In this document: positions 47,552 through 56,759 of the stretch, piece by piece
How positions within the stretch are numbered: position 1 is the stretch's first letter
How the letters are laid out: each line of letters opens with the position of its first letter
Notes under the pieces: model-generated
Database searches by the model: none
The model's input: only the letters and a program-made list of their open reading frames with translations
What the model was told of the DNA's origin: nothing
From: Pseudobacteriovorax antillogorgiicola
GTDB lineage: Bacteria; Bdellovibrionota_B; Oligoflexia; Oligoflexales; RGVZ01
DNA: 64,000 nt
Direction: 5' to 3'
NCBI GenBank assembly: GCA_945865565.1
Contig: CAMBEK010000004.1
Location: 24,714-88,713, forward strand
Made by a program: the position numbers and the translations under genes

Positions 47552-48142
47552 ATGACTGAAACTTTTGGGCCAAGCAGCGGATTTGCGTCGCACCGGGAAA
47601 GTGTCCATGGCTTCCTTGCCATGAATCGCGACGATATCCTCATTGAACCCATTCAGGACGGTGAAGAGTGGTCTGCCTGTGACATCATCCGCCGAAATCT
47701 GCAGGGCTACGAAGAAGCAGGCTCGGTCCTGGCATCAAGTTTTCGCCGCCTTGATGGCTTTCACGATGTTTACAGTTCGAATGGGGCCCGCTACCTGGTT
47801 GCCAAAGATCAAGTTCGCGAAGGACTTTGTGTGGGCGGTGTCGGCATCGGTCCCCTGCAAGGCTTGCCGCCTGAAGAAGGTGTGGGCGAGATTCGCGACA
47901 TGGTACTCGAGGAAATCTACCGGGGAAGAGGCATCGGCTCCCGCTTGCTGAAACGCGCCATTGAAGAGGCACGGAAGTTGGGTTACGGCCGCCTTTACCT
48001 TGAAACCACTCCACAAATGCACAACGCCAGGCAACTATTCCTGCGTTTTGGATTCCGCCCCGTGACTGGTGGCGCAAAAGAAAAGGCAGACCTCATGGAG
48101 CGCCTGCCGTGCTACTTCGTTCTTGAAGTACTCAAAACTTAA
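47552..48142 (+). CDS. GNAT family N-acetyltransferase
   Basis: ATG at 47552; the track start at 47405 lies inside thiL. Acetyl-CoA motif A is RGRGIGSRLLKRAIEEARKLG. Confidence 0.75.
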   Translation: MTETFGPSSGFASHRESVHGFLAMNRDDILIEPIQDGEEWSACDIIRRNLQGYEEAGSVLASSFRRLDGFHDVYSSNGARYLVAKDQVREGLCVGGVGIGPLQGLPPEEGVGEIRDMVLEEIYRGRGIGSRLLKRAIEEARKLGYGRLYLETTPQMHNARQLFLRFGFRPVTGGAKEKADLMERLPCYFVLEVLKT

Positions 48143-48905
48143 TACGCGGTCCAATGATCAGCTGCGGGATGTTGATGCTCGCCACGCGGTTGACCTTGAC
48201 CGTGGTCTTGGTGCCAGATTCGGTCCTTTCTGCAGGACTGACATCAAATTCGATGTGGCGCAGTTCGGCACCGACGTTAAACGCAAAATGTTTGGTGAAG
48301 TCGAAGGTCCAAGTATATCCGACCATTCCCGCCAATCCCACGAGAGTTCCGGTCGACGCGATGGTGTCCCCGTTATTTTGTTCGCCTGAATAACTAGCGA
48401 AAACGGGACCCAAGCCGAATTTCCAGGTCGAATAGGCGCCGTTTCCGCCAGCCGACCCCAAACCAAACTTCGCCAACATCCCGAATTTGATCGGGAGGGA
48501 TACTTTTTCGTCGCCATCATCCGGAGAAAGGGTGTAACCAGCGCGTCCGAAAAAGAATTCTGCCGAAGCCTCTATCCGGCTGAACCGCCCGGTTTGACTG
48601 GTATATCCAGGTTCAATTCCGGCCTGAAATGCAATCCCGCCCGTACCACCGGACTGGGTTGGGCGTGCCTGACCCAGGCCGAGGCCAAAGGACAGGGTCA
48701 TCCCGGAATCGCCCTCGTGGCTGACGACATCCGGATCGTATTTTGACGACACGGAATCACGGTATTCCTGAATGTCGGCGTCTTTCGGGACTGGTGCGGC
48801 AAAAGCCCCGTTCCCACTGAGGGTGGCAGCAACTGCAAAAAAGAAGGTCGATATGGCAATCCTTGCCGCATTTTTAAGGTAACCTTGTGATCCCTGACAA
48901 CGCAT
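48132..48905 (-). CDS. Outer-membrane beta-barrel protein
   Basis: ATG at 48905. Signal peptide ...FAVAATLSGNGAFA, a Gly-rich alternating pattern and a C-terminal aromatic residue (IGPRIKF). Confidence 0.7.
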   Translation of the reverse strand: MRCQGSQGYLKNAARIAISTFFFAVAATLSGNGAFAAPVPKDADIQEYRDSVSSKYDPDVVSHEGDSGMTLSFGLGLGQARPTQSGGTGGIAFQAGIEPGYTSQTGRFSRIEASAEFFFGRAGYTLSPDDGDEKVSLPIKFGMLAKFGLGSAGGNGAYSTWKFGLGPVFASYSGEQNNGDTIASTGTLVGLAGMVGYTWTFDFTKHFAFNVGAELRHIEFDVSPAERTESGTKTTVKVNRVASINIPQLIIGPRIKF

Positions 48906-49005
48906 TGCAACACTCCCTGTTGAATTGCACTTGCCTTGGCAGGACATTTCTAATAATTCCTGCCAACTCAAGTGTTTGTGACATCTTTGTGGAGCTTAAC
49001 AAGCC

Positions 49006-49173
49006 ATGACATCCAAGACAACGAAACTGACGAGGATCCGCGAGCGCAAGGTTTCCAAATCGGGCCTCAAGCGCAAAAACATCGTCCGCAGGGTTGGAAC
49101 CACTGCACCGGACCTGGCATTGACCAAGCCGAACGCGAACGAACGCGCGCAGAAAACTTCCGCTGCCCAGTAG
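49006..49173 (+). CDS. Small highly basic protein (55 aa), not in the ORF track
   Basis: Sequence MTSKTTKLTRIRERKVSKSGLKRKNIVRRVGTTAPDLALTKPNANERAQKTSAAQ. GGAG lies 11 nt upstream. The stop TAG is immediately followed by the coaBC ATG (TAGATG). Third codon positions are mostly G/C, as in neighbouring genes. Confidence 0.45.
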   Translation: MTSKTTKLTRIRERKVSKSGLKRKNIVRRVGTTAPDLALTKPNANERAQKTSAAQ

Positions 49174-50463
49174 ATGAAAAATAAAATGAAGCACCCCCAG
49201 CCTTCTTCTAAAGGGTCTGCGACCGGTCATCAGGCCGGGTCTGATCTTGCGGTGAAGCTGGTATCTGAGGCCCTTGCGGGCGTCCACTTGGACGTCATCG
49301 TCAGTGGGTCTATTGGTGCTGTTGAATCCATCCGTTTTGTTCGTGCACTGCGTCGACTCGGCGCTGACGTCACTCCATGGTTGACCAGAGGCGGCTCCCA
49401 GTTCATCACCCCACTCGCTTTGGGGTGGGCCGCCGCACGTGAGTGCCGAACTGGTTTTGAGGCGGATGCATCACATCTCGCCGAAGGTCATGGGTGCATC
49501 ATTGCACCAGCATCTGCCAGCTTCATTGCGAAGATTGCCAATGGAATTACTGATTCACCGGCTTCCGCTCTCGTGACTTCCTACATGGGACTCAGACGTC
49601 CTGTGATCATTCTTCCGAGCATGCACGACAGCCTTGCCAGTGCGCCCCAAGTGCAGGCCAATTTGGAAAAGTTGCGCCGGGCAGGACCCAACGTTTTTGT
49701 TTTGGGCTCCCGACTGGAAGAAGGCAAACACAAGGTCCCTGAACCGGCCATTTTAGCGGATCATTGCGCTCACGCATTCAATAGCGTTCTTTTAAAAGAG
49801 AAACATGCCAGCACGAATGTGTTGCTGACCATGGGAGGCACCCGTGCCTGGATCGATGATGTTCGCTACATCGGGAATTATTCATCCGGCCGGCTCGGCA
49901 CCCTGATCGCAGAGGAACTACATCGCCTCGGCCTTGATGTTGATGTGCTGGCCGGAGCCGCAGAATATCTGCCGCGATGCCATCACACCTTGACGCGATG
50001 CGCCACCAACGAAGACTTGTCCAAAGAATCCAACCGGCTCATGGCAAAAAAGACGAACGCCATTATCCACGCTGCGGCAGTTCTTGATTTTGCTCCAACG
50101 CAACGACTGGCGGGAAAAACGCCGTCTTCGACTGGCAAACAAACCATTGAACTGGTGGCCACTCCTAAAATTCTTGCCTCTATGGCGGAAGCAGGTCTGG
50201 CCAAAGTCGCCTTCAAACTCGAAGCTGGCGTTGACGAAGAAAGCGCAGTGAAAATCGCCCGCGATTATGTAACCAGACATCAATTGACGATGCTGGTGGT
50301 CAATAATCTCTCTGACGTCAGTTCTGAGCGCCACCGGGCCTGGATTTTTGAAACCAAAATCGCCGGGCATCCGGTCGACCGGCCTTACGAAGCCACCACC
50401 AAAGAAGACGTGGCAAAGGCTGTAGCGCGCCATGTTTGGGAGCGATTGACGCGCCATGTTTAA
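49174..50463 (+). CDS. coaBC: Bifunctional phosphopantothenoylcysteine decarboxylase / phosphopantothenate-cysteine ligase
   Basis: 429 aa. Flavoprotein N-domain (VSGSIGAVES) and CoaB domain (GGTRAWIDDVRYIGNYSSG). Confidence 0.92.
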   Translation: MKNKMKHPQPSSKGSATGHQAGSDLAVKLVSEALAGVHLDVIVSGSIGAVESIRFVRALRRLGADVTPWLTRGGSQFITPLALGWAAARECRTGFEADASHLAEGHGCIIAPASASFIAKIANGITDSPASALVTSYMGLRRPVIILPSMHDSLASAPQVQANLEKLRRAGPNVFVLGSRLEEGKHKVPEPAILADHCAHAFNSVLLKEKHASTNVLLTMGGTRAWIDDVRYIGNYSSGRLGTLIAEELHRLGLDVDVLAGAAEYLPRCHHTLTRCATNEDLSKESNRLMAKKTNAIIHAAAVLDFAPTQRLAGKTPSSTGKQTIELVATPKILASMAEAGLAKVAFKLEAGVDEESAVKIARDYVTRHQLTMLVVNNLSDVSSERHRAWIFETKIAGHPVDRPYEATTKEDVAKAVARHVWERLTRHV

Positions 50464-51190
50464 ACGAATGGTCGCCGGCCTTGTTTTCTATATCTCCGTC
50501 GTCTTCCTGACATTGTTCTGGTCCTTGACCATCATCCTATCGGATTTGCTGCCGGAATTTGCCAAGAACGGTCGATGCAATCGCGGGCATGCGATGGCGG
50601 CTATCTGGGGTCGGACCATGTTTGCCACTATCCCCGGCTGGCATGTGAATCTTGAAGGTCGCGAAAACATACCAGCCAAAAACGATCCCGTTGTCATGGT
50701 CGCCAATCATGAAAGCCTGGTTGATATACTGGTGATTTACTTTCTGAAAATGCAATTTCGCTGGCTCAGCAAAGAGAGCGTGATGCGCATCCCGATCCTG
50801 GGCCGCGCCATGCGGGTGTGTGGTCACATTCCACTCAAACGTGGCGATAAAAGCAGCCATGAGGCTGCTCTGCGAGCCAGTGCAGATTGGCTTCAACGCG
50901 GAATCAGCATGTTCTTCTTTCCCGAAGGAACACGCTCCGAAACACCAGGACAAATGCGACCATTCAAGGTTGGGGCATTCAAACTTTCCGCTGAATGCGG
51001 CGTCGACGTGCTTCCAATCGCGCTCAAGGGTGCTGGAAAAGTTTTTCGGAAAGGCGCGACGCTGCCTGATTCAGCAACCGTCAAGATCAAGGTTTTGCCG
51101 CGAACGCGGCGGCTTGAAGGCGAAACTTACGAGGCCTACGCCTCCAGAGTCCGCTCGACGATCGAGTCAGCCCTCACGGAAATGGCATAG
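50456..51190 (+). CDS. plsC: 1-acyl-sn-glycerol-3-phosphate acyltransferase
   Basis: 244 aa with an N-terminal TM segment. HX4D motif NHESLVD and the FPEGTRS motif. Confidence 0.88.
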   Translation: MFKRMVAGLVFYISVVFLTLFWSLTIILSDLLPEFAKNGRCNRGHAMAAIWGRTMFATIPGWHVNLEGRENIPAKNDPVVMVANHESLVDILVIYFLKMQFRWLSKESVMRIPILGRAMRVCGHIPLKRGDKSSHEAALRASADWLQRGISMFFFPEGTRSETPGQMRPFKVGAFKLSAECGVDVLPIALKGAGKVFRKGATLPDSATVKIKVLPRTRRLEGETYEAYASRVRSTIESALTEMA

Positions 51191-51207
51191 GCCTCTAATT
51201 AATTCTA

Positions 51208-52524
51208 TCAACGCTTCAGGTTCAACACTTCTTCAATCATCGTATCGGTGGTCGTGATCGAGCGAGAGTTGGCCTGGAAGGCACGTTGCGTCAAAATCAT
51301 GTTCACAAATTCCTGGGCGATGTCGACGTTCGACTCTTCCAGGGTCGATGAGAAGACTGAACCGCGGTTGCTCGTCTGCGCCATGCCAACCTTGGCTGGC
51401 CCGGACTCAAGGCTCTGGAAAAATGTATTGCGGCCGCCCTTGCGCAGACCGTCAATATTTTCAAAAGTCGCCAGGGCCACGGCTCCAAGATTCCGATTGA
51501 GACCGTTGGTGTATTGACCACGGACGATTCCAGTAGGATCGATGCGTAATGCCTTGATCATCCCTGATTCGTAGCCGTCTTGGGTATGATAATTGGTGCC
51601 GCTTTTTGCAGCCAGACAGGTTGTGCCACCGACTGCTTTTTTGACTTCATCAGTTGATTTTTTTCCGAAATCAAAATTAATCGCCTGACCAAGGGCCGCG
51701 CCACCGGCGAAATTTGCCTCAGATTTATTCACAATCTGCTCTGACAATTCGCCCTTCGCGTCGAATTTGATCTCACCACTGGCGATTTCATGCAGATCAC
51801 CATCTGGATTGACGATTTCCTTGCCGTCAGCCATGGCATACCATTTCCAATTTGAATTCTCGGCATCCGAAACGCGTTTAAAGAAAAGGGAAACCTGGTG
51901 GGTGCGTCCATGGCTGTCGAAGACCGCGACGCTCGTACCAAAGTTCGAAGTGGAATCCGGCTTGGTCGCGTCAAAATCGCCTTCAATGACCTTGGTCCGC
52001 GCGTCCAGATTCATGTCGAGCTTGATATTTTCAGTCTGATGGGGCGGGATCGAATTCGTGTTGATCCGAAAATCCCCGATCCGGCTTGAAATCTGGCCTG
52101 TCGGAAGGGCCTCGTAGCCTTGGACGCGGGCACCACTGATGTCGGCCATGTAACCTTCGCGATCAAAAATAAAGGCACCGGCGCGGGTGAACATGCGACC
52201 CTCGGTACTGTCAGCAGCAGCATCGGGGTTGTTCAGGATGAACATTCCGCCGCCTTGGATGGCAAGATCCGTCAAATTGTCCGTCGTGGTCAGGTTGCCC
52301 TGGCTATGGATCGTGCGGACGTCCTTGATCTTCGCACCACGGCCGACTTTTTCCTGAAGGCGACCGACCGATCCTTCGCTCTGGACCATGTCCTCGAATT
52401 CAGCGCGGTCACGCTTGAATCCCTTGGAATTCGCGTTGGCAATGTTGTTGGCAACGACCCCCATTCCGTCTGACTGGCTGGAAAGTCCTGAAACACCTGT
52501 ATGCAGAGTTTGTGTTAAACCCAT
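51208..52524 (-). CDS. flgE: Flagellar hook protein FlgE
   Basis: ATG at 52524 with GGAGG upstream. N-terminus GVSGLSSQSDGMGVVANNIANANSKGFK and C-terminus TQRAFQANSRSITTTDTMIEEVLNLKR are typical of hook/rod proteins. The 438-aa length fits FlgE. Confidence 0.88.
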   Translation of the reverse strand: MGLTQTLHTGVSGLSSQSDGMGVVANNIANANSKGFKRDRAEFEDMVQSEGSVGRLQEKVGRGAKIKDVRTIHSQGNLTTTDNLTDLAIQGGGMFILNNPDAAADSTEGRMFTRAGAFIFDREGYMADISGARVQGYEALPTGQISSRIGDFRINTNSIPPHQTENIKLDMNLDARTKVIEGDFDATKPDSTSNFGTSVAVFDSHGRTHQVSLFFKRVSDAENSNWKWYAMADGKEIVNPDGDLHEIASGEIKFDAKGELSEQIVNKSEANFAGGAALGQAINFDFGKKSTDEVKKAVGGTTCLAAKSGTNYHTQDGYESGMIKALRIDPTGIVRGQYTNGLNRNLGAVALATFENIDGLRKGGRNTFFQSLESGPAKVGMAQTSNRGSVFSSTLEESNVDIAQEFVNMILTQRAFQANSRSITTTDTMIEEVLNLKR

Positions 52525-52566
52525 GTGCACGCCTCCAACTTGAACTTGAGAGTGTTCGCCCAAAAT

Positions 52567-52583
52567 CTAACGTAACACGTTAG
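52567..52583. promoter_or_regulatory. Palindrome upstream of flgE
   Basis: CTAACGT-AAC-ACGTTAG (7-bp arms) lies 43-59 nt upstream of the flgE ATG. Its core is shared with the fliC upstream region at 56810-56819. Confidence 0.35.
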
Positions 52584-52631
52584 CGGGCTCGTGGAAGGCG
52601 TGGAGGGAATTGTTGCAGCAATGCTACGATT

Positions 52632-53147
52632 TCAGGCGCGAATCTTCAAATCTGGGCGTCCCTTGGCAATTTCTGCCGGCTCTTTTTTGCCGCCCGTTGA
52701 ACCATCCTTTGCCTGTTCTTCCATATACTTCTGAAATTCTTCTGGCTGTATGCGAGGAGACGGAACGCCATCAGCGCGTGGATTTTCGATCACGTCACGC
52801 CAGGCCGTATGGAGCGTCACTAAAAGCTTTTCGACTGCTTCAAGGCACTCAATCTTGTTATGTATGTTGGCTTCAATGAGTTTATCGATCATAAACACGT
52901 AGAGGTTTTCGAGATCAACGGCAAGTTGTCCGCCAACCTTAAAGTCAAGGGTGGCCATCAATTCACTGAGAATTGCAGTGGCCTTGCTGATGCAGCGGCC
53001 TTTTTCTGCAATCTTCTTATCTTTCATTGCAACTTGTGCGAGCTTCGTAAAACGAATTGCACCCTCGTAAAGCATCAGCAGTACTTTTTCACGGCTCGCC
53101 GTGATGACTTGGGTCTTCTGATATTGCTTGTAGGGATTGTTCGTCAT
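52632..53147 (-). CDS. fliS: Flagellar export chaperone FliS (with a C-terminal extension)
   Basis: 171 aa. The N-terminal ~120 aa match the FliS pattern (YQKTQVITASREKVLLMLYEGAIRF). The ~50-aa charged tail is atypical. Confidence 0.88.
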   Translation of the reverse strand: MTNNPYKQYQKTQVITASREKVLLMLYEGAIRFTKLAQVAMKDKKIAEKGRCISKATAILSELMATLDFKVGGQLAVDLENLYVFMIDKLIEANIHNKIECLEAVEKLLVTLHTAWRDVIENPRADGVPSPRIQPEEFQKYMEEQAKDGSTGGKKEPAEIAKGRPDLKIRA

Positions 53148-53156
53148 AGTCCGCCT

Positions 53157-54521
53157 TTATCCTCCTGCGCCACCTCCACCTTGGGGTGCGCCACCGCCAC
53201 CAAACCTTGCCGAAAGAAAACTGCCCTGCGACTGCATATTCGCCATCTGATTTTCAAGAACCGAAAACTTTCGCCGGATCTGCTGTTCCTTTTGCTCCAT
53301 CATCCGCTGGCGCCGTTCTATTTCCTTGTCCTGATTTTTAATCAGGGTCTCGAACGTACGCTGCCGACCCTTCACTGTGCCGCTCCCAGGATCCCTGAAA
53401 GCCTTGATGCTTTCGGCCAACTTGCTCGCGATACCAGCGCTTCCCGCGGTCTGAGCAAACAAGCCAGCCACGCTAGCATAGTCATCGGACAATGCTGTTT
53501 TGACTTTAGCGTCGTCCAGAGTCAACTCCCCGGACTTGGGGTTGGTGGTGATGCCAATGTCTGCGAGATTCTGGAATTTTCCACCAGAACTTTGCAAATT
53601 TAAAAGCCCGCTCTGCAGGGTCCGCATCACCTGCCGCAGGGAGCTATCGGCAGAGAGCTTGCCCGCTTTTTGGGTCTGTGGATCCAGCTGAAACTGATCG
53701 TGAACGAATTTGGCAATGCCGTTGTATTTTTCGACGAAGCCCTTGATCCCCTCGATTGTCGCATCGACATCATAGGCAATGTTCACCTGGACGCGGGTTC
53801 CCGGTTCTGAACGCTTCACGTTGAAAGTCACGCCATCAATCAATTCAGTGAGGGTATTCTCGTCATTTGTGACCGGCACATCTTCAAATAAAACATCAAG
53901 GCTTCTTCCGACCACCTGCTCTTTGAATTCCAAAAAAGTTGTATCTGGATCGATATTAATCTTGGACTCGCTGCCAGATTTTTCACTGAGAACAAGGAGC
54001 CGGAATGAATCGGGACTGTATTTCGTGTTAACCACCATCGCACGCAGGCCAGAACCAAGATCATTGATCTGCTGGGCCACATCCTTCAGCGTCGCATCTG
54101 GGGGTATTTCCAATTCCAAGGGATCACCGTCTTCCCGTTCTATCTGCATGAAACCAAAACCAACGGCTGTCTTGTCCTTGTCAGGAAAGCCCATGGCCAA
54201 CTCTTTCTCTGAGCGAGCCAAAGCCCGAACTTCAAATTCATAAGATCCCGGAAGGGCCATTGCAGCGGCAACGCCCTCGATGATGTCTGGATTTGACGAA
54301 TCCACCTTCAATCGATTGAAGTCACCGCGGGTCTTGAGTTTATTCAAAGCTCCATCAAGTTCATTTAACGCAGTGTTCAGTTTTTCGTATTCCTTCTTTT
54401 CCTCAACGACGGTTTCACGGCGCTTTTTGGCCGTTTCCACAGGAATTTTTTCGACTTGAATCAGTTGATCGATCATTTTTGGATCGATTCCACTGGCCAT
54501 GCCAGGCATTCGGACGCCCAT
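53157..54521 (-). CDS. fliD: Flagellar filament cap protein FliD
   Basis: ATG at 54521 lies 8 nt after GAGGAG (the track uses GTG at 54530). N-terminus GMASGIDPKMIDQLIQVEKIPV. The C-terminus ends in the Gly-rich tail FGGGGAPQGGGGAGG. Confidence 0.9.
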   Translation of the reverse strand: MGVRMPGMASGIDPKMIDQLIQVEKIPVETAKKRRETVVEEKKEYEKLNTALNELDGALNKLKTRGDFNRLKVDSSNPDIIEGVAAAMALPGSYEFEVRALARSEKELAMGFPDKDKTAVGFGFMQIEREDGDPLELEIPPDATLKDVAQQINDLGSGLRAMVVNTKYSPDSFRLLVLSEKSGSESKINIDPDTTFLEFKEQVVGRSLDVLFEDVPVTNDENTLTELIDGVTFNVKRSEPGTRVQVNIAYDVDATIEGIKGFVEKYNGIAKFVHDQFQLDPQTQKAGKLSADSSLRQVMRTLQSGLLNLQSSGGKFQNLADIGITTNPKSGELTLDDAKVKTALSDDYASVAGLFAQTAGSAGIASKLAESIKAFRDPGSGTVKGRQRTFETLIKNQDKEIERRQRMMEQKEQQIRRKFSVLENQMANMQSQGSFLSARFGGGGAPQGGGGAGG

Positions 54522-54583
54522 GTGTTCCACTCCTCAGCACGCAAGTGTGCTAGCATTTGTACTAACTTTGAACAGGTGGCCCA

Positions 54584-55642
54584 TTGATGTTCCCACAAGG
54601 GAAAACAGTCTTCACTTCGATTATAGCTGATTGCGAGTTTTTAGAGCCATCTACAGCCAAATTGCAGTCAGCCCGGGATCGCCTCCTCGTCGAGTGCCTG
54701 AGGCCGGATCATCCAACAGACTACCCGATCGCCTCAGAATACCCGTTGGTGCTCGCCCAGAACGGGACGAAACATAGCCTTTGCATGACACAGAAAGGTG
54801 ACCAATGCGCTGCCCGCGGCGTCATTGCCCACGCCAACATTTGGTTGCGAACGATGCTGCCAGATTCAGGAGACGCCTCGTTTCCCCGTGTAAAATTAGC
54901 GTTCGTTGGAAATGTCGCAACGGAAAAACGAGAACAGGGCAAGGGCCGGATGAAGGCATTGCTGGCGGAGATAGAACTCCGGGCTTTGGCTCAACGTGCT
55001 GATGCAATTGTCCTTTGGAGTGATCTTGCAGACTTCTACCAAAAAATGGGATTCACTCCGGCAGGTAATGAATTACGCGTAACGCTGTCCACTAAAAAAC
55101 TTTGCGCGGGAAATCAGTCAACGGTATGGATGCCAGAAGGATACCAGACAGGCAAGTTGCCGCAGGATTTGATCCGACGGATTTTTGAACTGCGTTCCAC
55201 CGGATTCAAGCAGCCATTTTTTCAAGTCGAACGGTCGGTTCACGAATTTTCGGAGCTACTCAAGATCCCCGACCTGGCTTTTTTCGTCGGCCATGGCGCA
55301 GGCACCACCTCAGCGACACAGACGGATCAACGTCCCATCGAGTTTTTCTTTCTGGTCGGCAAGGGTGCTGACATGCAGGGAGTCATCCACGAGTGGGGCT
55401 GCACCGACATGAGATTCCTGATGGGGGCGGCGGGTTTTGTTGCGAAAAAAGCCAACCTAGAGGAAATCATGATTTTGGTCCCCCCGGCCATCGAGGAATC
55501 CCGCCTTGCCTATCTGATGCAAGCCAGCACCCGCATTGAGCAACACGCGATGGCTTGGGTGAAGGTGTTGAAGCCCGAAACCCGGCATCTCGTGGACCGA
55601 GCATTGCGGGATGGATTCATTTGGGGCCTTGATTCAATCTAG
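54584..55642 (+). CDS. Large GNAT-domain protein (Eis-like size), function unknown
   Basis: 352 aa. GNAT motif A region VATEKREQGKGRMKALLAEIELRA...FYQKMGF. I do not recognise the C-terminal ~170 aa. Located inside the flagellar filament locus on the opposite strand. Confidence 0.6.
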   Translation: MMFPQGKTVFTSIIADCEFLEPSTAKLQSARDRLLVECLRPDHPTDYPIASEYPLVLAQNGTKHSLCMTQKGDQCAARGVIAHANIWLRTMLPDSGDASFPRVKLAFVGNVATEKREQGKGRMKALLAEIELRALAQRADAIVLWSDLADFYQKMGFTPAGNELRVTLSTKKLCAGNQSTVWMPEGYQTGKLPQDLIRRIFELRSTGFKQPFFQVERSVHEFSELLKIPDLAFFVGHGAGTTSATQTDQRPIEFFFLVGKGADMQGVIHEWGCTDMRFLMGAAGFVAKKANLEEIMILVPPAIEESRLAYLMQASTRIEQHAMAWVKVLKPETRHLVDRALRDGFIWGLDSI

Positions 55643-55899
55643 GAATGAACTGCTTTTTCGATGATATTGAGTTTTTCCAGACGGGAAAGACCCTTGATTT
55701 GAAGCTCGCGCTTCAGGGCTGCACTTTTGTCCACAGCGTCCTCTGAATACACCACCACAAGAGGACGGCGGACGCGCGTGTACTTGGATGCTGTGCCAAG
55801 GTTGTGTGCACGTAGCCTTTTCACCAGATCATTGGTGATCCCGGTGTAAAGGCTGCCATCGCAGCACTTCAAAATATAGACGATGTACGCCATCGCCAA
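55639..55899 (-). CDS. GIY-YIG nuclease-domain protein (UPF0213-like)
   Basis: 86 aa. Motifs YIVYILKCCDGSLYTGITNDLVKRLRAHN and KYTRVRRPLVVVYSE. Confidence 0.8.
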   Translation of the reverse strand: MAMAYIVYILKCCDGSLYTGITNDLVKRLRAHNLGTASKYTRVRRPLVVVYSEDAVDKSAALKRELQIKGLSRLEKLNIIEKAVHS

Positions 55900-55913
55900 A
55901 AAACCAATCCAGC

Positions 55914-56759
55914 TTATCCGTTCTGCAGCAGCGACAGCGCCATCTTCGGCACACTGTTGGCCTGAGCCAGCATGGCCGTGCCGGCTTGCATCAGGATGTT
56001 CTGCTTCGCCATTTCAGACGTCTCTTCCGCGATATCAACATCTTTGATTCGGGAACGGGCAGCAGACAGGTTCTCAATCGAGATTGCCGTGTTCTTGATC
56101 GTCGATTCAAGACGGTTCTCAATGGCACCGAGCTGCCCGCGGACAGACGATACTTTTTCAACCGCAATGTCGATGCTGGCCAAACTACGCTGGGCATCAG
56201 ACTTCGTATTCACGTTAAGTTCTTCGAGGCCAAGCTTGTCGACGTTCACGTCGAGCTTGAAAGCATCAAAGGAAATCCGGTCAACACCAAGAAGGTTGTC
56301 ACCGCCAGTGTTCACCTGAAAATCAAGGGATCCGCCAGTACCGTCGAGCAGGTAGGTACCGTTGAACTCGGTCGAGTTGGCAATCCGGTCAATTTCTTCC
56401 TTGAGCGACTTATATTCCTGGTCAAGGTAGCCACGCTCCTTGACACCAATCGTGTCACTCGCGGACTGCACGCCGAGTTCACGCAAGCGGACAAGAATGT
56501 TTTGGATTTCGTTCAAGCCGCCCTCTGCAACCTGAATCAGCGACACACCATCGGATGCGTTTCGTGAAGCCTGAACGAGGCCACGCGTTTTAGCGCGCAA
56601 CTTTTCAGAAATCGCAAGACCGGCTGCATCATCGCCGGAACGGTTGATCCGGTAACCACTAGACAAGCGCTCGAGGGAACGGTCGAGCAAAGCTCTCGTG
56701 CTCTTCAAGTGCCGCTGAGAGGTCAACGCCATTGTATTAGTTTGGATTCTAAGGCCCAT
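55914..56759 (-). CDS. fliC: Flagellin
   Basis: 281 aa. N-terminus MGLRIQTNTMALTSQRHL...LSSGYRINRSGDDAAGLAISEKLR and C-terminus ILMQAGTAMLAQANSVPKMALSLLQ. Confidence 0.95.
   Translation of the reverse strand: MGLRIQTNTMALTSQRHLKSTRALLDRSLERLSSGYRINRSGDDAAGLAISEKLRAKTRGLVQASRNASDGVSLIQVAEGGLNEIQNILVRLRELGVQSASDTIGVKERGYLDQEYKSLKEEIDRIANSTEFNGTYLLDGTGGSLDFQVNTGGDNLLGVDRISFDAFKLDVNVDKLGLEELNVNTKSDAQRSLASIDIAVEKVSSVRGQLGAIENRLESTIKNTAISIENLSAARSRIKDVDIAEETSEMAKQNILMQAGTAMLAQANSVPKMALSLLQNG

Noticed and set aside
48972-49184. 70-aa track ORF between the OMP gene and coaBC.
   Set aside because: It has an implausible composition, no SD, and overlaps the coaBC start. The alternative 55-aa frame (49006-49173) has a better start context and an exact stop-start junction with coaBC. 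Both remain unproven.
52601-52617. Sigma-54-like TGGAGG...TTGCA between fliS and flgE.
   Set aside because: The GG-to-GC spacing is one nucleotide too long. It is on the plus strand, pointing away from flgE and antisense into fliS.
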